Notes: generated from the sequence alone by a model not told the origin. A DNA stretch of 64,000 bases from Octopus vulgaris (GCA_951406725.2 OX597815.1:49910001-49974000); one strand, 5' to 3'. Counted from the first letter of the stretch, positions 25,102 to 39,164 are shown. A program made the numbers and translations.

Positions 25102-25230
25102 AATATTTATTTATATATGTATATATATATATATATATTATATATATATGTATATATACATATACACACACATACACATGCATACATATATGTATCTGTG
25201 TATACTTACATATACACACAGATATAAATA
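24180..25230. repeat. Degenerate (TA/CA/TG)n low-complexity tract
   Basis: About 1 kb of mixed dinucleotide repeats; the source of many spurious I/Y/H/T ORFs. Confidence 0.9.
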
Positions 25231-25499
25231 TGAACACAAATCGCACTATATTTTCTATTCAATGAAACAGAAATCTATAAAACAACAGTAACATTGCAAT
25301 GTCATTTAAATACACAAAGAAACAAACAACACACAGAATATATTTTTATGCATGCATACACACATGCATACATATACATGCAGGCATACACACACACACA
25401 CATAAATTAAGATTAAAAAAATTTCCTCATTTCTATCTCTTTTATAATAAATACTACACTTTGCACATTGCACACACATACACACAGAAAAAGAGAGTA

Positions 25500-25538
<39 letters not shown>

Positions 25539-25969
25539 TAGATAGAGAGACAGAACCACAAACAGATGGTTCAACAGACAGGGTAAGGGAGATAGATACA
25601 AAATTATTATTTGTATTTATTTCTCATTTAAATATAATTCAAATGAATAATTAAATAAATAATAAAAATCAAAGTCTAAAAGTGTGGGGAAGACAACGGA
25701 GATGGAATCGGTATGTGTAGCAGACTTTATAAATCTTCAGCGCATGATCTAATGAATGAAATGTGATGAATGGTCTCAAAAGAAGAATTATTTCAGGCGA
25801 AACTCCAAAGACTTGCTCACAACTCTCTCAAATATGGTAACACCTTTTATATTTTATATTATTTTTCTTTAATTTTTTAAAAATATTTTTTCATCCTTAC
25901 TTGGAATTCTTAAATTGGTCCCTGCAGCAGATAAGAAGGCTGGGTGGGTGTATAAAGAAGTGGAGCACA

Positions 25970-26626
25970 ATAATAATAATAAGAAGAAGAAGAAGAAGAA
26001 TGCTAATTACAGTGATGGTGGTGGTGGTGGTGGTGGTGGTATGGTGGTGGTGGTGGTATGTATATAGAAATTAATAAAGTGATAGTGATGGAGTGAGATA
26101 GAATGTGGAAGAATAAGGAGTGAAGGAGAGGAAGTGAGATAGAATTGGAAATTTAGTGGTACAAGATGAAGGCATGTATGCATATAGGGTAGGGAAAGGG
26201 TGGGTGATGGGAAAGAAGAATGAACATGAAGGAATTATATAAAGAAAGATGGGTGGGAAAAGAGAGAGTGAGAGAGAGAGAGATTATAATCAGTGTCAAA
26301 TAGTGCAAGAGTAAGGAATGAGAAAATAGAAGAGAGCTAAGAGAGAGAGGAAAAGAGAGCTACAGAAGGAGAAAGGGAAGGAGAGCCAGAGAGAGAGAGA
26401 TAGAGAGAAAGAGAGCTACAGAGAGCTAAGAGAGAGAGCAGTGGTTGTCATGAAGCTGAAACAGTGACAATAAAATTGTGAGAGAAAGAGATAGAGATAA
26501 AGAAAGGTAAAGAGAGGAAATGAGAGCAAAAGTGAAGGAGAGGTAAAGAGAGACAAAAAAAGTAAGTGAGAGGGCAGGAGAAAGAAAGGGAAGGAAAGAT
26601 ACAAGAGAGGAAGAGAGATGAAGGTT

Positions 26627-26657
<31 letters not shown>

Positions 26658-26660
26658 TGA
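25970..26660. repeat. Purine-rich (GA/GGT/AAG) low-complexity tract
   Basis: Strong purine strand bias with (GA)n runs. Confidence 0.8.
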
Positions 26661-27076
26661 TTTAGTGAGAAGCTGAATTTTTATTAGTTTCTTTTGCATT
26701 TGTTTATTATGAGGAAAAGAATCTTCGAATCTGATGAGAAATAGCCCTGTTTTGGTATTTGTTTTCACTTATTGATAAAGTATTATTTGATTTAATAATG
26801 ACACCTAAGTTTGGCACAAGGCCATACATTTTAAGGAATAGAACACTTGATTAAATCAACCCTTCTTCTCCCCACCACCATATCTTTGTTGCTACTTATT
26901 TTATTGACCTTAGAAGAATGAGAGCCAAAGTTGACTCCAATGGGATTTGAACTCTGAGTATAGAAGGTTGTACTTAAATACCAGAATATATTTTCTCTGG
27001 TGTTCTATTAAATCAACAATCTACAACCCTTTATTTGATTCAACAAAAAAAAAATAATAATCAACATATAATCATC

Positions 27077-27295
27077 TTAACTGTTTAGCCTTTATTCTGG
27101 CCCAAATATTCTACCTGTTTTATGTTGAAACTGACTAGATCCAACCTCTCACACCTGCTCTATAATGTCATTTCTAAAACTATACAAACATACCATTGAA
27201 ATCTTGAAGCTTTAAAATAATGCGTGATAAATTCAGAGCAATGTGAACAGATAAGTAATAAATTGACAAAGTAATCTGAATGCTAAAAGGTTTCA
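27077..27295 (-). mobile_element. piggyBac-type MITE, degenerate
   Basis: Reverse copy of 49770-49995. Confidence 0.65.
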
Positions 27296-27668
27296 CTTCT
27301 TTTTCTGCAACAATAAAACATGATTTTAAATTCTATGTTTGTATGATGTATGTATATATTTGATATCATCATTTTAATGTCTACTTTTCCATGTTTTCAC
27401 GGCTCAGAGAGAGTTTACTGAAGCATATTTTCTAATGTTGGATGCCCTTCCTGTTGCTAACCGTTACATGTTCTCAAGCAAAGTTTTAATGTCCCCATGG
27501 TCAGACATGTTTACACAGAATATTGGTAATGAATGACATTCATTTACAATGATTTCAAGACAAGGCGAAACAAATATACATGTATGTATACACAATTATA
27601 TATATACATATGCATAAAAATTTATATACACTAATTTGTATATATATGCATGTGTGTGTGTGTGTGTT

Positions 27669-29230
27669 AGTTAAAATATGTTTGTGATATATTTCAACTG
27701 CTAAAAGGTAAATTCACTGCAGTCACTGTGGAGAAATTTTTCTCTTATGATAAAAGGTGTAAAAATTCCATATCTGTCCTGTGTCACTGCCTGTCAGAAT
27801 TCTCAGACATCAAAGTGAAAGCTTTAATTAAAATACAGTCATCCACATTGACTGGTTTCTGCCAGTAAACCACCAGGTCATGGAAATTACCATAATATTA
27901 GCCCCAAGCAGTATTTCTTCTGTTTAGTGACTTCATTAAGTCAGGAAGGGACAGTGCCCATAACCTTTTCCAGGGTTTCCATGAATGTTTTGACACCATG
28001 TGGTCCCAGTTCATTTTGTGGTGTGGTGGCTTATAAGACTCAGTGACTCCAACAGCTGTACCAGATGGGTCAAAGGATTGAGACCAGGTTAATATAAACT
28101 ACCTCATCCCAGATGTCCCAGATAAGCAAATTTTAGGTTGGTTAAAATATGTTTGTGACGTTCCAACTGCTAAAAGGCAAATTCACTGCAGTTACCACGG
28201 TGAAAATTATCTCTTTTGCCTAAACACTGCATGGTGCAAATATTACAGTAATTTCCATGACCTGGCAGCCTACTGTTGCAAATCAGTCAATGTTGTTGAC
28301 TTTATTTTAATTAAAGCTATAGCTTTGATAAGTTTTGTCCAGAGTTGCCTTTCTTAGATATTTCCCATTAATAACAGCTGAGGAGTTAGAAACAATGGTG
28401 TCTGGGAATCCTAAGAGGCAGTAACACTGAACAGATATGGTGTTTTTACACTGTTTTACCATAAGAGAAAATTTTCTCTATGGTCACTGAAATGAATTTT
28501 CCTTTTAGCATTTGAAATATGTCACAAACATATTTTAACTCATGTCTGGTAAGTTCACTGTCATCAATTCACCACAGGGAAAGTTCACTGTAAGGAATAG
28601 TCACTGTGAGGAAAGTTCCCTACAAGGAAAATTTGTGGAGAGATAAGTTCACAGTAAAAGAATAAAAAAAAACAACCTTATTTTTGAACTCTAATATCTT
28701 TAGTAAACAGATAGAAAACTTCACTGTAAAACATCTCCTCACAGCAAACTTTTTTCATCATGAATTGATGGTGGTGAACTCTCCTGCAATGAATTGATGG
28801 TGATGTAATCATTTTAACTACCCTAAACTTTGCTTATGCCTAAACATTGCTTAGTGCTAATTTTACAGTAATTTCCACAAGAAGACGCTCCTCTCTCTGG
28901 ACTTATTGATTTTGAATGTCCATTGATGCTTTTTTCTAGGTAACTAGGTAATTCTAGGCAAGGATTTTGGATCCTATGCAAACCCATTTTGACATCTGGG
29001 ATGAGGTAGTTTATATTAGCCTGGTTTCAATCCTTTGAACCATCTAGCACAGGATGCCCTCCCAGGAGCTTGCATTCCACTGGCACAGCTCTCAGGGTCA
29101 CTGAGGCTCATAAGCCACCAAACCACAAAATGAACTGGGACCACATGATGTCAAAACAGTCATGGAGATCCTGGAGAAGGTTATGGGTATTGTCCCTTCC
29201 TGGCTTAATGAAGTCACTAAACAGAAGAAA
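27669..29230. repeat. Complex nested inverted duplication
   Basis: 27669-27812 is inverted at ~28397-28540, 27812-27912 at ~28225-28330, and 27914-28117 at ~28990-29230. A partial direct copy of the first block is at 28140-28216. Confidence 0.85.
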
Positions 29231-32012
29231 ATGGACATAAATCTTGATATTTTATATATAAGTGTTTGTAGAAGTGTTCATGTATATAGGGAAATATATC
29301 TGCATGAGTAAATTTACAGTTTTTAATATGTCAGAATAGTAGCTGTGTGATAGACCCTTAAAGCTAAAACTAAATGGTCAATTTCATGCATTATTGCAAG
29401 TATTCGTCATTTGGGTGTATTGATAAAATCTGACAGGTGTAACTGCTATAAGTAGTTATATTAATACTAAAACTGGCTCTTACCTATATTCACAGTATAT
29501 CAGTAAATAAGAAAGATTTAATAAATCATTAAATACATTGAGCTATCTTGTCGATATATATTACTTTATGATCCTTGTAAATTGTTTACTAAAACAAAAA
29601 TTATTTATATCTTTAGAAGAACTTTTTCATTTCTAAATGGATATTAGACAGTATTTTCCAACTCCCTTGATGAACTGTAACATAGAGCAGATGAGCTCTA
29701 TGATAGACAACAAAAGTTTGGTTGAATCCGTCAGGAATTCATGAAAATTGATGGATAGAGCAGCAAAATGACTGAAAAGTTTCTTGCAGTTTGTCTACTA
29801 ATATTTCTTATTGAAGATACATATTGTTTGCGTCAAAACATCAATACTCTTGTTATATAACCGCAGAGAATAGTTAATAGCTGGGATTTGGGACTGCAGT
29901 GTAGGTTACTAGTATGCATCATGTCACAGACAAGTTTTTGTAAATGAATACTGGTGCTGAGGAGTAAATAGCACAAATATTACAAGGAAATCTATAAACA
30001 TTTACAGAGTGTGTGCGTGTGTGTGTGTGCTTGTGTGCATGTGTGTGTGTGTGTGTGTGCTTGTGTGCATGTGCATGTGTGTATGTGTGATGAGATTAAA
30101 GGAAGTTTGATTTTTCTAAAGTTTTTTTTTCTACTATTATAGTCAGAGGAGGAAGAGCAACATCTATGATACTTTCTATAGCTTCAGGATTTGGCAGGAG
30201 AAAGGTGAGATATCATCCTTAGGCTAGAAATCTAGTTTAAGCACTTGCAAGGGAGTAAATTCCACTAAAGGTACCTAAGGGTCAGGTGGTGTTAGTATTA
30301 ATAACAAGTTATAAATTAAGACAATTAATCTTTCAAGACTTGTCCATGAATTACAGGGGGAAAAATAGTTTAAATACCATGCAGCTTCACACTGGAATGG
30401 TAAAAGTGACCAAATATTAATATGAAAAATATTATTTGTTAGATATCAAAAGTAAAAAAGCGAAAAAGAGATGCACAAGGACAGCAAGCTAAGTCATTCC
30501 CAAAGCATTTGCACCATCAAGTACCTGAATTTCTTTTACCAGTCCTTTCCACCATTCTCAGTCTTGAGCTTCCAGTTGTTATTAAATCAACATAATTTCC
30601 ATTCAAATTTTTCATTGGGTTTCATAATCTTGGTGATGCCCACCCATTCCCTAGGATACAGGTGCCATTGGCTCTCAAATAACTCATCCTCTTTTGATAA
30701 CTTTTATTTTCTTAATGAACCTTCCTCATTGGGTGAATCTAGTAAGGTGCCAGTTTAGTCAGCAATCACTCAATCATTTCGTTAGACTAAACAGAAAAAA
30801 TGAAGCACATGAATTATTTTTAAAAATTTGTATATTTCTTCTTCAACAGAATTTGAAGGATTTTGTTTCTTATTAAACATTATCATAACAAACTTAACTG
30901 ATGTAGAGGCTTTCCAAATCTTAAGCAATTAATTATTATAAATGCCACATTTTCATTTTAATTTAGTGAAGTTTAGTAAATGAAAATTATGAAAATACTT
31001 TTGGATATTTGTATATATGTGTGTGTGTGTATATGTATGTATATACATTGCCAATGCATACTGGTAAAAAATATAAATATTATTGAGAAAAGCAAAATGA
31101 GTGCTTTAAGAATGGAGTCCTTAATGTATTTGGCCTACACCATATAACAGATGTTGCCTTATAATTGCTGCTCCTAGAAGTGGACCAACCTGTAACCAAT
31201 GGCTCTAATATTCACATATTGCATATAACAAAATGTTTCAGTCCTTAAATTCAATAAGTGAATGTGAATCAAGAATCTATAAAACACAAATCAAGTTTAC
31301 TGTTCTTTAAGCATTCATAAACAACAACAATATGGTATTTTTTAACATGGTAAATGAGAGTTACTTCAGATTAATCTTTCAATTGATTACTTTCATTGTG
31401 GAGTTGTCAATAGTTATTGCACAGAAGAATAGTGTGACTTTTCAGTATAATACAACCACTCTTTGCCATCCTTAGAATTATAGACCTATAGAAAAATGGG
31501 TTTTGGACTTAAACAGAATAATGGCATTTTCAGCAACTAGTCAAATCAATTTGCTTTTACTGTCCACTAACAGAAAAACATGTAGTTTAACCATTTGCCT
31601 GTCCTATGTATTAGATGTTATACACAGAACATATTTCCCTGGTGTCTATACATCTTATATGATACACATTTCCAGTTTTTTCCAGCCACTAGAGTAACTT
31701 ATGATGTATGAAAATAAAGCTTTATATTACTCAGAACATATGAAACAAGGGCTAACTAAAAGTCTGCAAGTAAATATGAACATTTAGGACAGACTTACAA
31801 AAATGCTTTGCACAGGACACCCATTTTCACTGCAAAGCTAATGATGTGTGTTTGCTCTCAAAACACATACTTGTCATTTTTCCTTACATCTCTTTTTACC
31901 CAAACACTGCACAGTGTTTCTAACTAATTAAAATGTTTTCAACATTTATGCAAATGTTATACAAATTAGGGCAAACCAATTTAATTCTCTCCTACTTTGT
32001 GTATACAATAAA

Positions 32013-32330
32013 TACAAGGTGATATCAAAAAGTTCCCTGACTAGTTTTGTAGCATGCCAACAGATGGAAGCACATGGTTATGTGTGCAGTGAGAGCTAGT
32101 AGTGACCTTCATGAGGCAGTGGGCCGAATGATATTGCTGCGTTTACTTTGCAAGTTGTGAAATTCATGTTTTTATGATCACATGTATACTGTAGTTTGTG
32201 ATTTTGTCATGGACAGGAAGTTGGACAAAGAGCCAACGTGAAATTTTTCCATTAAACTTGGGAAACCTGCCACAAGAGTCACCCCCTGGGAATGTGGAGA
32301 AAATTCATCAGCTTGTGCATGTAAACTCAC
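32013..32330 (+). pseudogene. Mariner 5' remnant
   Basis: TA plus caaggtgatatcaaaaagttccctgac (TIR-like). Frameshifted MDRKL-QRANVKF-KLGKPAT (mariner N-terminal HTH) and NVEKIHQLV. Confidence 0.7.
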
Positions 32331-34434
32331 TAAGGGAATATGACTCAGCATTCCTGCAAAAACCTTCAGTTACCTTATACGATGTTTAATGATGTTTTAC
32401 ATTCATGTTGAATTATGCAGCAATCTTATGTTCTCTTCATAGAACACTTGTAATGTATGTATTACCAATTCTTTTGGTACAGTAGATTTTTGCTATTCTT
32501 GTTTATGTCTCCTCACAGACGTGTATATTCTAACAAGTCGCTTCTTAAATTTCGCAATGCTCTTGTTCAGTAAACGAGTTAAACTTGCAAAGCTGTTTAT
32601 TTTCTCCTTTTGATTTTTATGTTTATTTTAGCTGGTTACCAAACTATCTGGCTAAAATGGTAATAACAAATTTTTTAGTTTGCTTGACATTTTATAAGTG
32701 TGAAAGGGATTAAAATTTCGCTACACCATATCAAGGATACCAACAAGAATAGGAAGAAAATCAGAGCTTGAGACAAGAAGACACTTTCGACTTATCAGAA
32801 TTCTGCTTACATAATCAGTTTGATCGGTCACCTTCCTCTGCCAGTTGAGTAGAGTTTCCTCCAAGCTGATGTTTATTGCTAACTAAACTTATTTTGCAAC
32901 ACTTGTACGTATTTATCAGCTTTGCTTTTTTTGATAAGAATTATCAACAACTTTTCCTGTGATCATCATTTCAGAAGACATACAGAAGTATGCTAAAGAT
33001 CAGACATAATCTCTTGTGGGCAAGAAATGTATGATAAAGTTCGTTATCAACAACACAAACACTTCGTAATTTAATAGCTTTCAATGTAATACCTGTTAAA
33101 CAAATATTATTTTTATTTAATGAAAATTTAACAAAATCTAATCATAAGTAAGTGAAATTATGCTAAATACAACTAAATTGGAAAACTTTTTCCCCCTGTC
33201 CATATTGGTAATTCTGAAAACTTTTGGGTGCGAATTTTACACAAGTTAAAGCTTTTTTTAATAATTATTTTATCCTGAAAATCACCTGTGCAAATTACTT
33301 GGGGTTTTATGGTAAGTTATTTTTTATTAAACATAACTAGTCCTGGAACTCTTTGATACCACCTCATAATTAAAATGTTTCCTCTATTTATGCAAATGTT
33401 ACACAAATTAAGGCAAACCAATTTAGTTCTCTGCGACTTTGTGCATACAATAAATATCTATAAACTACAATTTTCTCTGTTGTCAGAAAAATTACTAACA
33501 GTATCTGATAAAGCAGTAAAAAATACTGAAACTGGTCAGCATGATCTCCTTTTTCTAGTTACAAGGACAGAAACGTGATTTAATCATGATAACTATTTTT
33601 CTCAGCATGACTAAAAATACGTTTTTACTTTAAGCTCACATGTGTAAGGTTATCTTATATCTCTATAATGTTGGAGAGTCAGTTAATTAATTATTTCTGG
33701 TCTCCTTAAGAAGAAAATTAAGAAAAATATTAATTTAGAATGCCTTGGTGGCCATCACACACACAAAGACACACACAAATTGAAAATCAGTTTCAACATC
33801 CTTGTTGAAGCTAATCAGAAAAAATTTATGAAACTTTCATGTTATAAACCAGTTAAAATTTAAGGCTTTACTGATTTGTAAGCACCACACCATTTTAAAT
33901 AAGACTTGTTGTGTGTTATTCCCAGATCAGTATTAATTGATTAGATTAATGTTTAGTTGCATTTCAGCCATGACCATCCTGTCTTTTTCGAGGTATCTGA
34001 CACTATATTACTCAATACGTCCTTCCTTGATTTGAGAGAGATGTGGTTGTTATTTTTAGTAGGTTAAATGACCATTTTCTATTTATTCAGGACCAACAAC
34101 TTCGTGATTCAAAAAACATAAGTGAGAGGGAGCACATCATTTTAATGGATGAGTAACGGTTGTGTGGTTAGGAAGCTCACTTTATAAGCAGGTGCTTTCA
34201 GGTTCAGTTCCACTGCACAGCACCTTCTTCAAATATCTTTTCCTATGAACCTGGACCAACCAGTACCTCCTGAGTGAATCTGGTAGATGAAAACTGTGTG
34301 AAAGCTTGTCGAGTGTGTGTGTGTGCCTCTGTTATTCTTTGTTCCTCACCATTACTGAGGCAGCTGGTGTTGGTTTGTTTATGACTCTGTAACTAGATGT
34401 TTCAGCAAAAGAGAGTAATAGTTTTAAGATACAT

Positions 34435-34662
34435 CTTGCAGATGCTCAGAACTGCATTGTCAGTGATGCTTTTGAGATATTGGGGGATTTCAGATCTTTC
34501 AACATCCAACCTTTTTGTACAGTTGGCTCCTAAAAACAGCAAACCATTAATCTGCTCCACTTTTCCAAAGCCTCCTAATGGTCTTCTTTGCAGCTTCAGT
34601 GATGGAATTTATAGCCCTCCACTTTGCTGCACCAGAAACTCCAAGCTCAGAAAAAGCTAACC
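34435..34662 (-). pseudogene. Hero-like (RLE-type non-LTR retrotransposon) 3' end
   Basis: LGVSGAAKWRAINSITEAAKKTIRRLWK resembles the Hero C-terminus (EAAEKASRWLW), followed by a gatgttgaaagatctgaaa...catcactgac UTR. Assignment is from recall. Confidence 0.6.
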
Positions 34663-34782
34663 ATTTGACACCCAGTTTTGGTTTGTTTACATCCCTATAA
34701 CTTAATGGTTCAGCAAAAGAGAGCAACATGATAAGTACCAGACTTTAAAAAAATATACAGGGGTTTATTTGTTCAACTAAAC

Positions 34783-35058
34783 CAGTGGTTCTCAACTGAG
34801 GTCCATATAAGGTCCACATGACAAAATAATAATCTGGGCATCCACATCAGTATTTTAAGGAGCCCTGAAAACATTTTTGCTTTAGATGAATGTATTGGTA
34901 GGTATTGCAAGAAACAGCTAGGTTTCTTTCTCTCATGTTTTACATAGTTCAACCTACACAAGTGAATGTGTGAAACACATTGAGTGGCTATGGGGATCCA
35001 TCAAACTGAAATAGTAATCAAAAGGATCCATACACCAAAAAATGGATGAGAACCCCTA
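34783..35058 (-). mobile_element. hAT-type MITE with 8 bp TSD
   Basis: TIRs cagtggttctca / tgagaacccct(a); flanks aactaaac / aactaaat. Confidence 0.85.
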
Positions 35059-35431
35059 AACTAAATGTGGTGCCTCAGCATGAGTGCAGATGTAAGATAA
35101 CTCAGCAAAAGTAATGTCTCCTACACTTTCCACATTTTCATCTGACAAAATTTAATCATGGAACCAAAAATATCACTTCAGTTACTCAACTTTGAAATCA
35201 TAATGCTAAAATCATAAAACTGTTTTACTCTGCAGACATAAAGCTGAATAAATTAGGACAAAGACAAATGATAAACTCATAGGTATAAGTACCTTATCTG
35301 ACAAAATATTCACTTATGGTCATATAAACTTCTACTGTGCCCCTGGGTCAACCAATGCTTTGTGAGGGAATTTGGAAGATGGAAACTGTGTGGAAGCTAA
35401 TTAAACAATTTAATATGGATACATTATTTAA

Positions 35432-35880
35432 GGAACTAAGCTGGCAGAGCTGTTAGCATGCCAAGCAAATTTCTTAGCAGCATTTTGTCCAGCTTGTTGT
35501 TCTGAGTTCAAATTCCCCCATGGTCAACTTTGTCTTTCATCCTTTCAGGGTTGATAAAATAGGTTCCCATTGAGTGACGGGGGTCAATGTAATTAATTTA
35601 CCCACTAACCAGAAATTGCTGACCTTGAGCCAAAATTTGAAACCAATATTATTATTATTATTAAGGTGGGAAGCTGGCAGAATCATTAGCATGCTAAGCA
35701 AAATGCTTAGTGGTACTTCATTTGTTTGTAAATTCTGATTTCAAATTCCATTGAGGTCAGCTTTGTTTTTCATCCCTTCAGGGTCAATAAATTAAGTACC
35801 AGTTGAGCACTGGGGTTGATATAATCGACTTACCCCCTCTCCCAAACTTACTGGCCTTTTGTCAAAATTTGAAGCCAATA
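35432..35880 (+). mobile_element. Two tandem SINE family B copies
   Basis: agctggcaga...ttagcatg...ttcaaattcc occurs twice (35432-35650 and 35663-35880). Confidence 0.85.
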
Positions 35881-35929
35881 TGAATACATTATTTGTTTGT
35901 TGTTTTTTTATTCTTTTTACATATTTACT

Positions 35930-36325
35930 CATTGTGGCTGTGTGGTAAGAAGTTTGCTTCCAAACTACATGGTTTCAGGTTCAGTCCCACTGTGTGGTAC
36001 TTTGGTCAAGTGTCTTCTACTATAGCTACAGGCTGACCAAAGCCTTGTGAGAGGATTTAGTAAATGGAAACTGAAAGAAGTGTGTCATATATGTGTGTAT
36101 GTGTGTGTGTATTTGTATGTGAGTGTGTGTGCGTTTGTATTTGTGTATGTGTGTTTTTGTGTATGTGTTTGTTCCCTGGTGTTGGTGTGTTTATATCCCC
36201 ATAACTTAGTGGTTCAGCAAAAGAGACCGATAAAATAAAAAACAGATTTTACAAAACAGTAATAAAGTAATGGGGTTGATAAGTTTGGCTAAAATTCTTC
36301 AAGGAGGTGCACTAGCATGGATAAA
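35930..36325 (+). mobile_element. SINE family A (CR1-like tail)
   Basis: Head gtggctgtgtggtaagaagtttgcttcc; tail ttcttcaaggaggtgcactagcatgg. Confidence 0.85.
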
Positions 36326-39164
36326 TTATAAAAGAACTGCATGAATCAGCAGACATTCATTTATGGATTGGTTCTAACATATTGGTAATGGCACAAATAT
36401 GAAATAAAAATTAAACACTCACTTTCAACATTTTTTATAAGCTGGACAAGCTTTACTGGTATCTCAATCAAAGCTAGCTTCTCTGGACACAGAAATAATT
36501 TAGCACAACAACATTACAAAATGAGTCACAAAACCAAGAATTTTAGATGGTGAATGACGGAACAGAATAAAACTATCATCCAATAATGGGAGCTAAACTG
36601 TATATGTATGATTATTTTGTTTTAAAAATTTCATTTCTGAAAAACCATTACGCACCAATATTTCTATAGAAACAAGTGCAAAAATATGCATAGTTTTACA
36701 TATACCAATATATGAACACTCATAAACTTCCCATGCATATAAACACGTATATGCATGCATATAAATGTGCACTCATGACATATATACATACACACACATA
36801 CACACACACACACACACATGCATATACATAAACATATATAAAAGCACAAATACATATATCTATATTATATATCTCTATTTGTATCTGTATCTATGTATGT
36901 ATATATGCATGTGTGTGTGTACATACATATAAATAAATATATATATATATATATATAACATATGAATATGAGCATATAAACAAGAATGTGTGTATGTAAA
37001 TCTGTGCAAGTGTGTGAACGATATATATCCATATATATATGTATATACATATATGCATGGGCACACACACGCACATGCACGCACACACACACATTCACAC
37101 ACACACACATACACAAAAGCACAAACACACAGAAACGAACACACTCTGACATATACATATAGTCTGTGATATTGTATAAATTTTTAAACAAAGCCAATCA
37201 ACCATTTTATTTGACTTCTATATTCCACTTTAATTAAAATTTTATGGATGTAGCTGCTCCTGTTTTTTTTCCTTTTATTTTCATTTTTATTTTTTTGAGA
37301 AGAGAAAATCATATGATGAAAATATTATTTTGAAAGAAAGGGTCTTTCTTCTCTTTTATCCATAATTCATATGCAGATTAGAAAAAGATGGCTGATCAAA
37401 GGTACCACTTCCTGCCTGGGTAACAGAATTCAAATAACTTCTTTTTAAAATTAGTGAATAGTATTTGCTGGGGCAGAGAAGAAAATATTTAAATATTATA
37501 GAACGTTATCTTGATATTAAAAATACTCTTTACTTCCTGAGCCATCGAGGGAGCTGCCTCATTGCGGGTGCTCATTCTGCTAGAAATATCAGTTAAATAA
37601 CACTCAAATCATATACTACTGTCTTTAAAAGGACAAAAATATAATTTAAAAAAACACAGATTGACTTATTGAATAAGGGGATTTTTATGGATGGCATATT
37701 TTGAGATTGTAGGTTTGTTTGATCAGAACAGATTTAAGGATGAACAATAATTTCTTACTTCCTGTTCCCTACTTTACCATTTTCAAATGACTTCAAAGTT
37801 ATTCTCTAAAATATTCATAAGCATTTTAATGAAGTTAACCATTGAGGGCTCAGCTGATCATAATTTAAGAAAAATCTCTTTGCTAAAAAACCAGCCACCA
37901 TCTCCCTCAAATGATACTCTGATGTAATGAAAAATGTGTTTTCTAAAGTGATTCTGAATACAAGATGAGAGGGTTACAAATGGTAAGCTGGATCAAATCT
38001 GACATGGAATAATCAGCTACAACAGCAACATAAAGGATTTTCAATATATATAGTTTCCAAAATAAGGGAATCTTTACTTTTTTGATGTAAAAGTTGTCAT
38101 TGTTAATTTCATTTTGTTCATAACTGCAAATTGCAAACATGAGTCAAGCATGTCTTGAAGTCATGAGCTGCTAGAGACATTCTGTTATGTCCTGAAGCAA
38201 GGTTGGTTATTACTCTCTACTTCTCAAAAGCTAGTGTGGATTTCCCCCTTTCAATTATGTTCTGAATGTCATTATAAAAATGTGTTGAACATCACAACCA
38301 GACAATTTTTCTTCCTTATATATGCAAAAACACTCAAAGATTTTAACGGTTAAGAAATGTAGTCATATTTATAAAGTCATGCCTAATAGCAAAATGAGCC
38401 TTTTTTTTTCTCTCTTTCCAGTACTCCTACTCAGTACAAAAACCCTTCTTGGTGAAATGTCTCATTGATAACTTTGACACTCTTAAAGAAGTTCTAAATA
38501 TGACCACATTCCTTAACCCTTTTTATCTACCAGTGTTTTTATTTAAGCAAGAAAGAAGAATTGTCAGGTTGCCATGTTTCACCTTTTTTGTAATATTCTA
38601 TTCAGAGCATAACGAAAGAGAGGACAACTCAAACAGGTTTTCAGAAACATTATAAAAAGTGCTTCACCAAGCATTTCTACAATACTAATGAACTCAGCAT
38701 TAATATTCAAATTATAATCACAAAGCATTAACACAGTTGTTGCAATTAAGCCCAAGGTCAATTCTGATCATGAAGACCTATAATCAAAGCACTCCAGTCA
38801 CGACCATTCCATCTTATTTTTGGACAATACATGTGGACTATATTATCCATTAAGTCCTTTTAAGATGAAAATATGTTATTTTAAGGGAAATTGGTTGCTA
38901 TTTCTAGTAAACTGATGAACTTACAAAACTTACAAGAAATCTGGTTGTAGATATCAATGGTATAGTAGACAGACAAGCCCCTGATGTTCACCAGTTGTTG
39001 GAGGAAAGTAGGCACATGTCTTTAAATCAAAGACCTGACATAAATGCCTGCAACAGAATGTATTTTGAGAAAGACACCTAGCGTGCAGGTGCAGGTTTTT
39101 AAAAAGGACAACAGTTTAACTCTGCCACCCAAGAACAGGAGCAGTTCCTTCAGTAGACTTTCAC

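Larger units (their letters stand above)
34155..35085 (+). mobile_element. SINE family A sequence(s) with nested Hero fragment and hAT MITE
   Basis: Head tgtgtggttaggaagctc...ggttcagttcc; the tail gtggtgcctcagcatg resumes after the MITE. Confidence 0.65.

Noticed and set aside
25770-25836. Plus-strand MVSKEELFQAKLQRLAHNSLKY followed by gtaaca, a possible first exon
   Set aside because: The donor is weak, several short upstream ATGs precede it, and no downstream partner was found; it cannot be supported without RNA data.
28545-28810. Regularly spaced short repeats, considered as a CRISPR-like array
   Set aside because: The units are ~15 bp and degenerate, without unique spacers or cas genes, in eukaryotic context; they fit transposon subterminal repeats better.
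30440-30780. Possible L1/Tx1 LINE 3' relic on the minus strand
   Set aside because: Too decayed to assign by eye.
32400-33315. Possible pogo/Tigger-like DNA transposon remnant ending ...gggttttatggta
   Set aside because: No matching left TIR or transposase motif was recognised.
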